64,000 bases of DNA, from contig NC_045697.1 of NCBI RefSeq assembly GCF_009834535.1, positions 67,644,001 through 67,708,000 of the forward strand. The letters are read 5' to 3'. The DNA comes from Camelus ferus (lineage: Eukaryota). Positions within the stretch are counted from its first letter, which is position 1. The number at the start of each line of letters is the position of its first letter. Made by a program: the position numbers and the translations under genes. The notes below the pieces were generated by a model. It had not been told where the DNA came from. It saw nothing but the letters and a program-made list of their open reading frames with translations, and made no database searches. Positions 25,030-38,080 of this stretch are shown in pieces.

Positions 25030-26405
25030 TGACACTTCCTGACTGCTCTTCATCCTACTTAAAATAAAAAGGACCCACAATTCAGCCTCCGCTTATGTAT
25101 TTGACCACACCTCCTGTCACTGTCCCCGCCCTTACTCTGCTCCAGTCACACCAGGCTCCGTGCTGTCTCTTGCACACACTGGACCTACCCCCACTCGGAG
25201 GCTTGGTGCACACGTGCCCCGTGCCCTCGGCGCTCCTTTCTTCCCTGTGTCCCCACGGACCTCCCTCACCCAGCCCCGTCCCCGCTCAGATGGCCTCTCT
25301 CTCAGAACAGCCCCTGAGGTCACTGTTTCCCACACGGCTCTCCTACAATCTCTCATAGTACACATCTTTGCTCTTCTTCACTCTCCACTTTCTCCACAGA
25401 ATAATAGCTAGTTAAGGGCACATAAGCCTGCCCCCTTTGTCCACAGCTTTTTCCTTTTTTAGGTTAGAACAGTGCCGGGCACACAGGAGACACTGAATTC
25501 TTGGTGAGTAAATGAATGCAATGTGGAATAAGCAAATAAATTAAAAATACTATTCAGACGAGTATCTGTCTCATAGCTTCAGCTGCAAAGCAGACGTCTC
25601 CCCCTGTTGTCCAATGGGGGATTTGACCTGGACCGCGTCTCCCTGCGCGCAGCGCCGCCCACGCGCCCAGCCCCAGTCCGGAAGGCGCGCGGAGCCTCTC
25701 CTCTGGCCCACTGCTTCCAGTCCTTCCTGGGGAAGCTCTAGCTTAGCCGAAATATTTCTCAGACTGACACTTTTCTCGTGCTGCTGCCACTGCTTAGTTC
25801 AAGCCCTGGTCATATATTACTCAGAATTTTGTAATAGTTGATTTAATGTTCCCTCTACCCTGTTCTATCTATACCACTCTCATTCTTCCTAACGCATGTA
25901 ACAAATACATGAGATTTATAGATCAGAGCATGTCTCTTCCTTCATCAAAATTCTTCCATGGCCCTATGTGGTCCATAAAAAGAAGGGAAAGAAAGAAACT
26001 ATTTGCATACCATGCAAGGTCTCATACTCACTTCCTTCCTCTGTATTTCTGCCCTCTAGTCACAGTGAATTATGTGTGGTTTCCTGATCTTTTCCACTCT
26101 GTGTTTGCATATTCTGTTCCTGCTGCTTGGAAGACACTTTCCCTCCCATTTGGCCTAATGTTACTTCCTGACTCACACCAAGTTGCTGTTCTATGAGGCC
26201 TGCTTAGAACTCACCAATGACACTTTCTCCTCTTTATTACCTTTGAAGCACCGTTCATACTGTTACACTATTTTAAATGCTTCCATTAGGCTGTGAGGCC
26301 CTCAAAGAAAAGGAATCTATTATATACTGTTTTTTTATATTTTTAATTCTTAGCACATCCTTCAATGCTTGGCACATAATATGGTCATAAGAGTTGAATA
26401 TATGA
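25030..26405 (+). mobile_element. L2 LINE fragments (two 3' ends), locally GC-enriched
   Basis: 'agaacagtgccgggcacacaggagacac...gagtaaatgaatg' and 'tgcttggcacataat...gttgaatatatgaa'. Confidence 0.7.
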
Positions 26406-27062
26406 AGAACATTTTAGTGCAAATGAGACTAATTTCACTCCTGTCATATTTTTAAGCCCTCTGGTTTATTTTTTAAATGTTACATAAACTCTAGTTCCTC
26501 TAGTGTTCCTTGGATAATACACATGTATCTATGAAAAATCTCTTTCTCCAAAGCTAAACTTTTGAAAATGACCAAAACTTGAAATACATTTTACAGCCAA
26601 AACACTCCTTTTTTTTTTTCCAAATCAGAAAAGAACTCACAAGAAATGGAATGATTGCTTAAATTATTGGTTCAGAATTATATACCTTAATTTTCTTTGT
26701 ACACCTAATTTTATTTCATTAAACATACCATAAGAATTTTTTAGTGTAAGTTTCATTTAATTGCATTACATATTTAAGGGTTTTTACATGCATGGAGCAC
26801 AGTTTTCCCCCCAAAGTATAGTTACAATTTTTCATAGGGCCTCCGAGCCAGTCTTAATGTCACAGCCCTGATCTCAGGGAAACACAGTGCTTTGTTTTCT
26901 GTGCTCCGTTATCAGACCACAGGGAACTAAAGTTGCACAAAGAAAAAGATCAGTTAAGAGACAGATGATTCTTTCTGATATTGTGGGAACATGGTCTCTA
27001 CATGATTTTTAATTCTGTTTTTTAATCAGTCTTCAGAGAACCTTCCATTTAGATTTATGGAT

Positions 27063-27495
27063 TGTGGTAGCCATGAAAATGTGCCACTCAAATCTCCTGC
27101 TGTGAGAAGTATAATGGACTGTTGGCCCCAGCTGCAGCCCCTTCGGATCCAACGTGGTGTTTGCTGCCAAGCCCCGCTTCCCAGGGCTGCTCCCTAGCGC
27201 ACTGAACGTGCTGCAGTCCTTCCACAGGCCTGTCGAGGGAGACACAGGACTCCTCTCATGGATGACTTTGGCCTGAGGACTCCCTAAGGGCCTGACCAAA
27301 CCTTTCCTGCAACTTTGCTAGAGTCAGACTTTCTGTCCCACCCTCCTTCCTTCCCTCTCTCACTTCACAGGCATCAGACCTGCACTGTGGCATTAAGTCT
27401 CCCTCTGCCGCTTTCTGCTCAGCTCGCAATCAGTGCTGTGTACATTCACATCAGCCCTGTTGACATTCACTTCTTGGCAGACCCAGACTAAGGCG
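27063..27495 (+). mobile_element. ERVL solo LTR (LTR16C-like)
   Basis: Start 'tgtggtagccatgaaaatgtgccactcaaatctcc', end 'cttcttggcagacccagactaagg'. Confidence 0.75.
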
Positions 27496-28079
27496 TATGT
27501 CAGGGAGGGCTGACTCTTTTTACTGTCATGGAAAGTCTGCCATATAAAAGTAGAGAGAGAACAGGGGAGATGAGAAGATCTGTACTCTGTTTCTTCAGGA
27601 TGTTTCAGTACTTCCGGATTATTATCCATTTATTCATTCATTCAGTGTTTTCTGAATGACTAGAATATACAGGAAATCTTCACTGATATTTGGGATCAAA
27701 GACAAAACTCCTATACTTTACTGTTTTCCTTTCTACTCTCAATATTATTCTTTCCTTATTTTTATGTCATGATTCATCAGTATTGAACTACTATCCCTCT
27801 GGACATGTTACAATAACCTAAATCCACACCTAAATCCAAGTTGCTCCCCTGCTTAGACTACCTCTTTCTACTCCTTGCTGCGCACCTAAATCTGGTATCT
27901 TTCCCAGCCTCTGCCTACTTAGAGTTTCCTACCCAGGCTCTAGCCCTCAGCTCAGACTCCATCTGCTCTGTGAGGACTTCCATGATCCTTTAAAGTGATT
28001 CAAATGCTCCCAGGAATGCTAAGTATCTAGTTTTTAAAGCAGTAGTCTAGTAAAAAAAATAATCTTTAAAAGCTAAAGA

Positions 28080-28251
28080 TAAACAATAAGTTTCTGCTGT
28101 AGAACACAGGGAACTATATTCAACATCTTGTAGTAATCTCTAATGAAAATGAATATGAAAATGAATATATGTATGTATATATATGACTGAAACATTATGC
28201 TGTACATCAGAAATGGACACATTGTAACTGACTATAATTCAGTAAAAAAAA
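28080..28251 (+). mobile_element. 5'-truncated lineage-specific L1 3' end
   Basis: 'cacagggaactatattcaa...tgctgtacatcagaaa', poly(A); perfect TSD AAAAGCTAAAGA at 28068-28079 and 28252-28263. Confidence 0.9.
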
Positions 28252-28349
28252 AAAAGCTAAAGAAAACATATGGAGGAATATGGTTGTTATCAATAATGTT
28301 TCATATCATACCTCTTATGTTTTGTGGTTCCACAATTCTTTATATGAAA

Positions 28350-28577
28350 GTTATTTAAACACATTCTTACAACTGTAGATGCTCTGTCCCCTATGCTCCC
28401 AATGCACTTTGTATCTGCTATCATCATAAACATTTTCTGAGCATAGTGTGTGGTTTGAGTGCACAATTTTCTTGCTGTGAGAATCTTAAGTTCTCTGATC
28501 ACAGGAACAGATGCCTTTCATCTTTGAATCCCTAGTGTCAAAACAGCCACTAAATAAATATCTGTTTAATGAATGAA
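28350..28577 (+). mobile_element. L2 3' end
   Basis: 'taaataaatatctgtttaatgaatgaa' tail. Confidence 0.7.
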
Positions 28578-29569
28578 GAAGGTCCCAGTTAGTGGGGGAG
28601 ATCTATACATGCACAGATAGTTATAATTCATTTAGGCAAACTCTTTCATGGGATATAAATTATTTGTTGTTCACAATAAAGCAACTATATGTCAGAAAAG
28701 ACACATCTCAGGGTCTTGGAAGCAGAATGTCTCTACCAGAGATCAGTAGAATTCAGTATGTGTTTTTTTTCCCCCAACAGCTCATTATTTTCGTTATCTA
28801 TGATTTATTTAATAATCCTTGCTTTATCTTTATATAATGCTATAATGAATTGGGTGAATTAAATTAGAAGTATTTGTGAAAAGAAAGGACCTGCTTATTG
28901 AAAAATTGCATATTTATTTTCTAATGATTTCTAATCATATTGATACAGGGTTCTATAACTTTTGCTTTGCAAATGGAAAAGGTACCCTACTCTTTTTAAT
29001 ATGACCATCTATTTGTATTTTGGGATGGAAAAGACACAACTCATATCTAAAAAATTTCATAAGCCAAAGACCACTCCCTCCCATAAAATGTAAATTGTGA
29101 AGGATTAAAAAAATCTCTTGCATCTTAAATGTGCCACTTTTCCAAGTTCCAGCATGTATTTTATAAACTTTCTGCAGAGAAGAGCAATGTCAGTATTATA
29201 AATTTAAAATGGTCTTTTTTCCTTTTGAATGATTTTGCTTATTTGATATCAACTTATTTGCTAGACACCAAAACTAAATATAATTAATTTTCGTATATGA
29301 GTTGTATATAAATACTGTTTAGTATATCATTTGTAAGGCCCTCTTACCATGTATGTGGCATAGCCATTTTTATAATAACACTCCTTTTACTGGAAAGAAT
29401 GGACGAATCACTCAAATAACATTTTCTTGACCTACTTCAAAAACTAACGGCTGCTTGTTACTGTAGTGTGTTGGGTAGAATTCTAAAGCTAGAAAAGCCC
29501 CCCAAACACGAAGAGCTGAACATATGTCTTCCTCTCTATATTCAGTCCCCAGATTGCCTTTTACTATAA

Positions 29570-30100
29570 ACAAAATCGCTGTGATGATCTAGAAGCCACA
29601 CCTAGGGGAGCTCGTCGGGGTTAACGTGTAAGGCGAGAGCCACTGAAACGACAGCTGACGTGCAGAGGCCGCGGCTTCCGGAAAAGCGCGGTCTCACCTC
29701 CCCATCCACTGCTCCGCGACGCCAGATTCAGATCCCGGCTGACATGCCTGATGGAGTTTGGGCCGGTGACAAATCTGATTTATTTGGGTGTTCTTCTTCA
29801 GCTTCTATAAAGGACCTGCTGATGTGGTGACATATTAGTCACCCGCCTCTGGAGCAGTTTCTTCCGCTGGTGGCGGAGCCTCTGTTCAGCAGGGCTATAA
29901 ATTTCTCTTAGAAGCAATGTCATGTTTCCGTTCTATGTGAAGACTCTGTTAGGTCCTCTGTCAAGCAAATCCCCCGACATCCATTTTCCCGAAGTCAAGA
30001 TGTCTGGCTCGACCACAATTTAGTTAATTAAGGAGAATGCTTCACAAAACGCTGATGGAGTGCGGGAGGAGGGGCTGGGGCTGTGTGAGGAAACAGTGGG
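29570..30100. promoter_or_regulatory. CpG-enriched non-repeat block; candidate promoter or enhancer
   Basis: About 17 CpG in 29576-29770, palindromic TTCCGGAA, CAGCTGACGTG, TATAAAAG at 29806. Confidence 0.45.
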
Positions 30101-31493
30101 GCTTGCAATTTTATAATTGAAGTAAAATTAGAATTGAAATGTATCATTAAGTATTATTGCCCCTAATAACATCTAAAGCACTGTTCTGTTCTCTTCTGCC
30201 TCAAAATCTAATGATTGTACAACCAAAACTGCCGTCTCTGTAGTAACTTTTTTAAAGAAACCATTTTATTCGTGGAGGTGCTTTTTTTCACAGAGTCCAG
30301 AAGTTCCCTTTAGACCACTGGGAGTTAAATGGTTCATCACTAGCATCCTCCCCCTTATTTTACCCTCTACATCTCATTTTTTTTCCTCCTACCATAACTG
30401 AACTGTATCTCCCATCACATATCTACTGTGCATGCTGTTGGCAGCTCCGGAAGAATCTTTTCTTCTTTTTTTTCTCCCCTTACACCTCTAGGTTAATGCA
30501 AATTTTATTCTTAATGTTTCTTCCTATTTGGCAATGTTTTAAGCTAAAATATTAAAGAAAAATAGTATTAACACCAAAATAAACACTTTGCTTGTTCTTT
30601 GCAACTGTGACGCTAGTATACATAATTATGGTTCCTGTTAAATAACATGCTTTCGGACAGTATGCTTTGCCATGCTTTCCTTTTCCCTCATACTCAGCTG
30701 TTTATTTTTATTTTAACTGTTTTTACATGAAGATGCATTTAAAATTGAGCAAGTTGTCTTAGTGGTATGAAAAGTTTATAGCATCCTCTTAGGTACACTA
30801 TAATGACCATAGTTCCTTTATCTTGGCAAATATTAGGTATGAACATTCAAGAGAATTATCCTGCGCCACCTTTCATATTTAACTGAATCATGGGAGTTTC
30901 CTTTTGGCTAATAACCATCAATATTATTTAATTCATATTGTTAAATAAAGCTATTTTAAAACATCTTCATTTCATCAGAAGTTTACAAGAGAAAAAACAA
31001 TGATGTTACTCTATTTTAGAATATTTCAGCCTAATATGAGGAATTTGTTCTTATGCATGAATAAGCTAGCAGAGCATGTATTACAGTATTTGACATTTAA
31101 TAAATATCAAATATACTATGGAAGTATTAAAATCATTTTATAATACAGATATATCATGTCTTTATTAACAATCATCAATAGCTTAATTCTCCTAATCAAT
31201 AGTGTACATCTTCCAGTCCCGCCTGGTATAACTATGACTAACCAAAATAGGAACGGTGAGGTTTCTGTCAGGTACCCTGTTATAAGGCATACGTGGCTGG
31301 CTGGCCCCTTCTGATCCAAGGTTAATGATTATACTCATGTATTTAGGAAAGCTGATTCTTATGCTTCCTCTTAATCTGTTCCTACCTAACCAAATTATTT
31401 GTTACAAACTTTATGATAAAAAGGGGGTTATTTGAAAACAACGAAACCCATCATATGAAGTGAATATTGTATGAGTTTAAAAATCTGTGGAAT

Positions 31494-34400
31494 GAGAATT
31501 CCTGCTGCTCAGCATTCTTGCCAGCATTTAGTATTGTCTGATGAAAAGATACATATTTTTTAACATTCTAATAGGCATATAGTGGTACTCAGTGTAGTTT
31601 TAGTGTGCATTTCCTAATAACTAATGTTGTTGAGTGTCTTTTTATATGCGTGTTTGACATCCTTGTATTTTCTTTAATGATGTCTGTTCAGATCCTTTGT
31701 CCATTTTGTAACTGGGCTGTTGGTTTTCTTATTGTTGAATTTCAAGCATATATTCTGAATCGGCGATTTGCAAAAATTTTCTCTTAGTCTGTGTATTGTG
31801 GTTTCATTCTCTTAAGGGTTCATTTCCATAGCAAAATATTTAACTTGATAAAGTCCGATTTATTATATTTTTAATTTTATGGTTCATACTTTTGGTGTAT
31901 GTAAAACCAACTCATCAAACCTTAAGTCATATAGATTTTTTCCAGTATCTTCTTTTAGGTGTTTTACATTTATGTCTATGATCCATTTTAGTGAATTTTT
32001 TATAAGCTGTAAGGTATGAGTCAAGGCTTATTGTTTATATGGATATCCAAATGTCCCAAGCACAATTTGCTCAAAGGCTCTTTTCTTCAATGAGTTAATC
32101 TGAAACTTTGACAACAGTCAATTGATTATAATTGCCGGGTGAATTCCTGGACTCTTCTATTATGTTCCACTGAATTATCTGTCTATCCCTATAATAAGTC
32201 TTGAAACCATGTAATGAGAGTTTTCTCACTTTGTTTTATTTTTTCAGAATGATTTTGCTCTTGTAGTTACTTTGATGTTCCATATAAATTTTGGATTAAG
32301 CATGTCTGTGTCTACAAAACACTTGCTTGGATTTTGAATAAGATGGCATTGAATTTATACATCAAATTGGGGAGAATTGTGATCTTAGCAATATCAAGTC
32401 TTCCAATCCATGAAGAGTGCACATCTTTCCATTTATTTAGACCTTTGATGTCTATTTTCAGTGCTTTGTACTTTTCAGCCTATGTACCCCTGTGCATATT
32501 TTGTTCATTGCTAGTGCAAATGAAAAATGGTACAACGCTTCGGAAAACAGTTTCTTATAAAGTTAAACATACATTTACCATACAAGCCAGGAATCCTGTT
32601 CCTATTTATTCAATAAAATAAAAACATGTTCATGCCATAATTTATATGAGAATATATATAGCATCTTTATTCATAATTGCCAAAATCTGAAAGCAACTAA
32701 GCTGTTTGCAGCCTGTGGATGGATAAACAAATGTTACGATGGAACACTGCTTAGTAATAAAAGGAGTGAAGGGGTGATTCATGCAACAGGGAGGAAGTCT
32801 AAGTGCATGATGTTGGAGCCTAAAGACTGAGTATTGCATGTAGTTCCATTTATTTCATCCTCTGAAAATATATAATTATAAGGATGGAAAATAGTCCATT
32901 AGTGGTCAAGGGCTGGTGACATATGGTCAGCACAAGTGAATTTTTTAGGGTGTTGGAACTGTGTTGTAAGAAACTTTGGTGATAGACACAGGACTAAATG
33001 CATTTCTCAAAATCAATAAACCTGTACATTATGAAATGAGAACTTCAATGTATTCAAATTTTAAGAAAATCAACCAGGATATTGGAGGATCCCATGATGT
33101 AATTCTTTGATAATAAATCTACCTGCAAATGTAGGGTGTAATCTCACTGAAAAAGATGGAGAAAAGGAACTAAAATAAGTAACTTTAGGAAATAGTGTTT
33201 TGACTGAATACTATAAGGCTACCTACCAAAAAACAAACAAAATGGTTTTTTTAGCCATAAAAGAAAAACTCTGTACCTATTAAACACTGTATTCTGGTTG
33301 ATAAATTTATTCTCACAGATTCATGAGTTAGCAATTCTGAAACAATTTTACATGTTCACTAGGTTTGACATAGATTGTCAATAATGAGGTCCACGTTTTT
33401 CACTGTCAGGAAAGTTACAAAGGAAAAAAAAAGGGGGAGGAGACTAGGATGAACTGCGGTGCTGCATTAGAGCTGGAGATTTAAGTGTGAAGACATGCTT
33501 ATTCTAATATGGATGCTGATAGATAAAATACTGAAATAAATGTAGATATGTACATCTACTTGGGAACTATACATACATGCATTTCCTAAGTCTTTATTGA
33601 AGGGGTCCAGCATCAGTGAAATTTCAGTAGCAAGGAGCTATTGACTAGGACTCCAATATTAGTTTCTAAACATCAGTCTCTATTAAAAGAAAACGGGTCA
33701 CTGGAGAAATGGCTCATTCTATGAAGCTAAGCTTGGGCAAGGAATATATAATATGAACCTAAAGCATCCTGCAGTGCCAATAAGTGAGGGAGCTAAAAAA
33801 ATTTTTTTTCTAAAGGCGGGCCATATCAAAAGGACACAGAAGTCAATCTGAAAGAGCTTCCAATAACCAGATCTGGAAGAGTTTGAGCAAGAAAACAGAT
33901 AACAATAGTTATAAATTGTAAGCCAAGAATAACATAAATATCCACAAGCCCAAACTGATAAAAGTGAACGATAGAATAAATAAATGAGGGAAGAAGGACA
34001 AATGTTCCTTTCAGAAGATTTCAAACTAATATATATAGAAGTACTGAAAGAAATGGAAAATCATAGATGGGTACTAAAATTAGAGGATAAAAAAGTAGAG
34101 ACTAGTATTTACATATCCACAAAGTATCTCCCACAAAATAATTACCATGGTGGTTTGAACATATGTCCACAAATCCTTTGATACTCTCCTCCCAGGAAAT
34201 GGAGCTTAATTCCCCCTCTGTTTGAGTGTGGGCTGAATTTAGTGACTCACTTCTAACAAATATAGAAAGAGAAAAAGAGTAAGTTTGCAGGGAAGAAACT
34301 GGGCTAACACCACCATCGCCAAGTGGCCAAGGTTAAATCACCAGTAATCAGTGATGTGGTTATCATACACCCCCTGATATGATGCCGTGAGAAGAGCACT

Positions 34401-34840
34401 TCACCTCCGCTTTTTCTTCCCCCAAATCTATGCTCTCAATCTAACCAAGAGAAACATCAAAAAACCACACAGGAGGGACAGTCTAAAAATACCCGATAAG
34501 CATTCTTCAAAAGTGCCAAGGTCATGAAAAATAGAGGAGGACTGAGAAACTGTCACAGAATAAAGGAGACTACGGCAACATGAAGACTAAATTCAGTGTG
34601 ATGCCCTGGACTGAATTCTGGAACAGGAAGCTTATATAAGCAGAAAACTGATGGGCTCTGAATAAAATGTGTAGTTTAATTAGTATTTTTGTACCAGTGT
34701 TAGTTTCTTAGTTTTGAGAAATATGCCATAAGATGTTATCATCAGGGGAACCTGGATGAAGGGTACAGAGGAACTTTCTGTACTGTCTTGTTAACTCTTT
34801 TGCAAATCTAACATTACTTCAAAATGAGAAGTTTAAAATT
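31494..34840 (+). mobile_element. Ancient L1 (L1MC/L1MD-like) with inverted 5' ORF2 segment (31494-~32495) and long 3' UTR
   Basis: Antisense ORF2 followed by sense ORF2 end and 3' UTR; flanking direct repeat ATCTGTGGAAT at 31483 and 34841. Confidence 0.85.
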
Positions 34841-35099
34841 ATCTGTGGAATTATCTTCTGCACATTCAAAATTGCTAGTTGGCCTTTAGAGAATGGCTAG
34901 GGAAGTGTTTCTCCCAGAATTGGTTCTGGACCTTTGATTTTATTGCCCCACCAGTTTTGCAGAACCTACTCGGCTGTTTATGCACGCCACCCCCCAAATT
35001 TTATGGTAACTCCTCTCAGAATTATCATTTCTCTGTGTTAGAGACAATTTTTAATTGCAAGTAATTACTTCATTTTCAATGATCTTTTGTAGAGTAGGT

Positions 35100-35480
35100 A
35101 TTACAAATAATACCTGGAATTCAGAGATAAAAGTCATCCTAAACTACGTGATTCCTGGATTTGGTTTGAAATGTGTTTGTGTGTAGTTAGGGACTGTTTT
35201 GAAAAGACACAGAGGCCTGGGAGGACATGGTACAGTTTCCAGACATCGGGTCGTTGGATGAGAAGGTCGTGGACGTGTGTTCTTGAGTGGGTGAAAGTTG
35301 TGGATGGGAAAATGAACTGGGGCCACATCTTGAAGAAACTAGAAACAAAACTCTGCAAATAATTTTTTTTTTTACAATGTAGGAAATAAGAAACCATTGA
35401 AGAAGTTTAAGCAATGGGATAAGAATCACAAGATAAATTCTTCTGGCAGAGTGAAGAATAATTTGCACAAAGGTAATTCC
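35100..35480 (-). mobile_element. L2 fragment
   Basis: 'aataagaaaccattgaagaagtttaagcaatgggataag'. Confidence 0.65.
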
Positions 35481-35539
35481 AGAGGGCTAACACTTAAAGC
35501 CTACACGAAAAATTAAATGAGAAGTTGAAATTTTAAGTA

Positions 35540-36670
35540 ATTGAACTAATGGTCCTTTACCATGGCAAGGATACATCTAAAGACGATTGCTAAGGAAATA
35601 ATCAGTTCCTGATGTACAAATATGAACTTTCTTATGTCCATAACACATAAACAAAATCAAAAGATAAACACTAGCCAGAAATAGAATTGTCAGATATGTG
35701 CTTCAGGCTTATAGTCCTATTTTTAAAAAAATCATGAAAATATATGAGTATACCAAGAGAAAAATTAGCAAAGATCATGAAGTGGATGTTACAGGTTGAA
35801 CTGTGTCCTTCCAAAATGTGTGTGTTGAAGTCCTTATGCTCAGTACCTCAGAATGTGTTCTTATTTGAAAATAGGGCTTTTGTAGATGATCAAGTTAAGA
35901 TGAAATCGCTGGAGTGGGATCTAATCCAACAGAGCTAATGTCCTTATTAAAAGGGGAAGTGTGGACACAGAGACCCATGTGCAGAGAAAAGATAACGTGA
36001 AGACACAAACGGGTACCACGTGCGGACTGGAGTCATGCTGCTGCAGACCTAGAACTCCCAGAAACTACAGGGGAGACTCGGAGTCAATCCTTCCTTAGCA
36101 TCTTCAAAGGGAGTGTGACCCCACCGACACACTGATTTTCCACATTTAGCCTCTAAAAGTGTGAGACAATACATTTATTTAGCTTACACCACCCAGTTTG
36201 AGGTATTTTGTTATGTCAGCCCAGCACACTAGTACACTGAATTTACCAAAAAAAAAAAGCAATACAAACGACCAGTAAAATATGACATATGCTACCATAT
36301 TTGCCATTAAAGAAATTCAAATCCAGAAAGTAAAATATAATCTTAATGATCAATTTAAAAAAAAATGACAATAGTATGTTAAAATTAGCCCTCTTTTATA
36401 CTGCCAGTGGAAGTGCAAATAGTTAGACTTAATACATGTAAAGATACACTTAATGTATTAAAGCACTTACCACAGTGATTGGTATATTGTGGAACACAAG
36501 TGAAAGTTATAATAAATGATGTAATTATACATCCGCATTAAAATTATACATGCTACATAATGAGAGCAATAACAATAAAGTGTCTCTGGATGGGAACTTG
36601 GCAAAATGTATCAAAGGTCTTAATAGTATACTCTGATCTATCAATTCTACTCCTAGAAATGTATTCCTTT
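35540..36670 (+). mobile_element. Old L1 (L1ME-like) ORF2 fragment interrupted by MLT1C and MIR
   Basis: 'aaaattagcaaagatcatgaa', 'atactgccagtggaagtgcaaat', 'caattctactcctagaaatgtatt'. Confidence 0.6.
35787..36236 (+). mobile_element. MaLR solo LTR (MLT1C/B-like)
   Basis: 'tgttacaggttgaactgtgtcc...tacctcagaatgtg...ctagtaca'. Confidence 0.85.
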
Positions 36671-36719
36671 TCTGTATTTAATACTACCTTCTCCCTGTGA
36701 AGAAGATTAAAAAAAAGGA

Positions 36720-37380
36720 ATAAGATGCTATGAAAGAAATAAAAGTGCAGGGGGATATAGAAGGACTGGGGAATGTCTGGGATGAAAAGCCTGGGGAGTA
36801 AAATTTAGTTGTGTTGTCAGGAAATTACTCTTTTTTGAAGTGACGTTTGAGCAGAAACCTGGATGAGAAGCGGAAGTCAGCCACATGAAGATCCTTGAGG
36901 AAAGAGATCTCATCTGTGGGACTGACCAGAGCCAGGAGCTCTGATCCTGGGACACACTCTTCTGCACCATCACCAGGCATGTGGGAATGCGAGAGAATGG
37001 CACAGACGTGTTGCTGTGCCACAAGGCACCCAGGCAAGCACGTACCAGAGGGAGCGGCTAAGCTGAAAACCGAGCAGAGCAATTATCTTTACCCAAAGAG
37101 GTTCACAAAGGCATCAGAGGATGTGATTTTTGAGTAGGGCTTCAAGGAGTTAGTAGGAGTTGCCCAAGTAAGGGTAAAGGAAGCTATTCTAAACGAATTA
37201 AATCATACACAGAAGTGTGAACCATTTTGCAATTGTGCAAGAATTGTTGTGTCTTAGGAATGGAGAGAAAAGAAAACTGGCTGTAAGCAGGCTGTGTAGA
37301 AGACGTGAACAGAAATCGGGGTTTCTAAGTATCTGTAAAACTAGCTTGTGAAGGATTTTGTCTGTACTGATAAGAAAATA
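36720..37380 (-). mobile_element. L2 fragments
   Basis: 'gaagtgacgtttgagcagaaacctggatgag'. Confidence 0.6.
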
Positions 37381-37849
37381 ATATAAAAAGGATAAGAACA
37401 TTACAATGGACATAACTTTCCAGTCACAAGGTTCTTAAATATCATTTTATAATTAAATTCAGAAGATAGGTCTAAACATAATAGTGTCATGTATTGCTCC
37501 AGGAATGTCTGAAAAAGCTCCTCCTTCCATCCAAAAAGAGTATTATGTCACATTTCAAATAAAGGAAGGAAATCACAAATCACTGGGGTGAGATCTTCTT
37601 TAAGGTACTTTTTCATAGAGCCCTGAATTCTTGATTTCTCCCAAATGATAATACTTAGTGATAAAATATATATTTCACTTTTATAAGTTGAAATGTTCTT
37701 CTGACAATCTTAATTAGAATAAAAACTTTCCTGTTTGTACTGTTAGTCCTTAAAATCATCATGCTTAACACAATCTAATAGCCATGAGGCCTTTTGTGAC
37801 ATTTTATGAATGCTGATGTCATTTTTTGCTTAAAATTGCAACTTAATAT

Positions 37850-38080
37850 AATAATGATAATAGTATTAGAAAACATTTATACAGCATTTAGTAAGTGGCA
37901 GTCACTATTCTATGAACCTTTCACATTTTTATTATTAACTTTATGCAGCTCAAAAACTCTGTGATGTAGCAGCCATTATTATCATCATTTCATAGATGAA
38001 GAAACAGAAACAGAGAGAAGAGACTTATCCAAGGCATGTAGAAGTTGGAGGAAAAGTCAGGATAAAATCCCCAGCATTTC
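37850..38080 (-). mobile_element. MIR SINE
   Basis: 'cattattatcatcatttcatagatgaagaaacagaaacagagag'. Confidence 0.8.

Noticed and set aside
29581..29660. Box C/D snoRNA (GTGATGA...CTGA)
   Set aside because: No convincing terminal stem or recognisable rRNA guide sequence
29863..29878. CTCF-like motif (TCCGCTGGTGGCGG)
   Set aside because: Mismatches at several core positions
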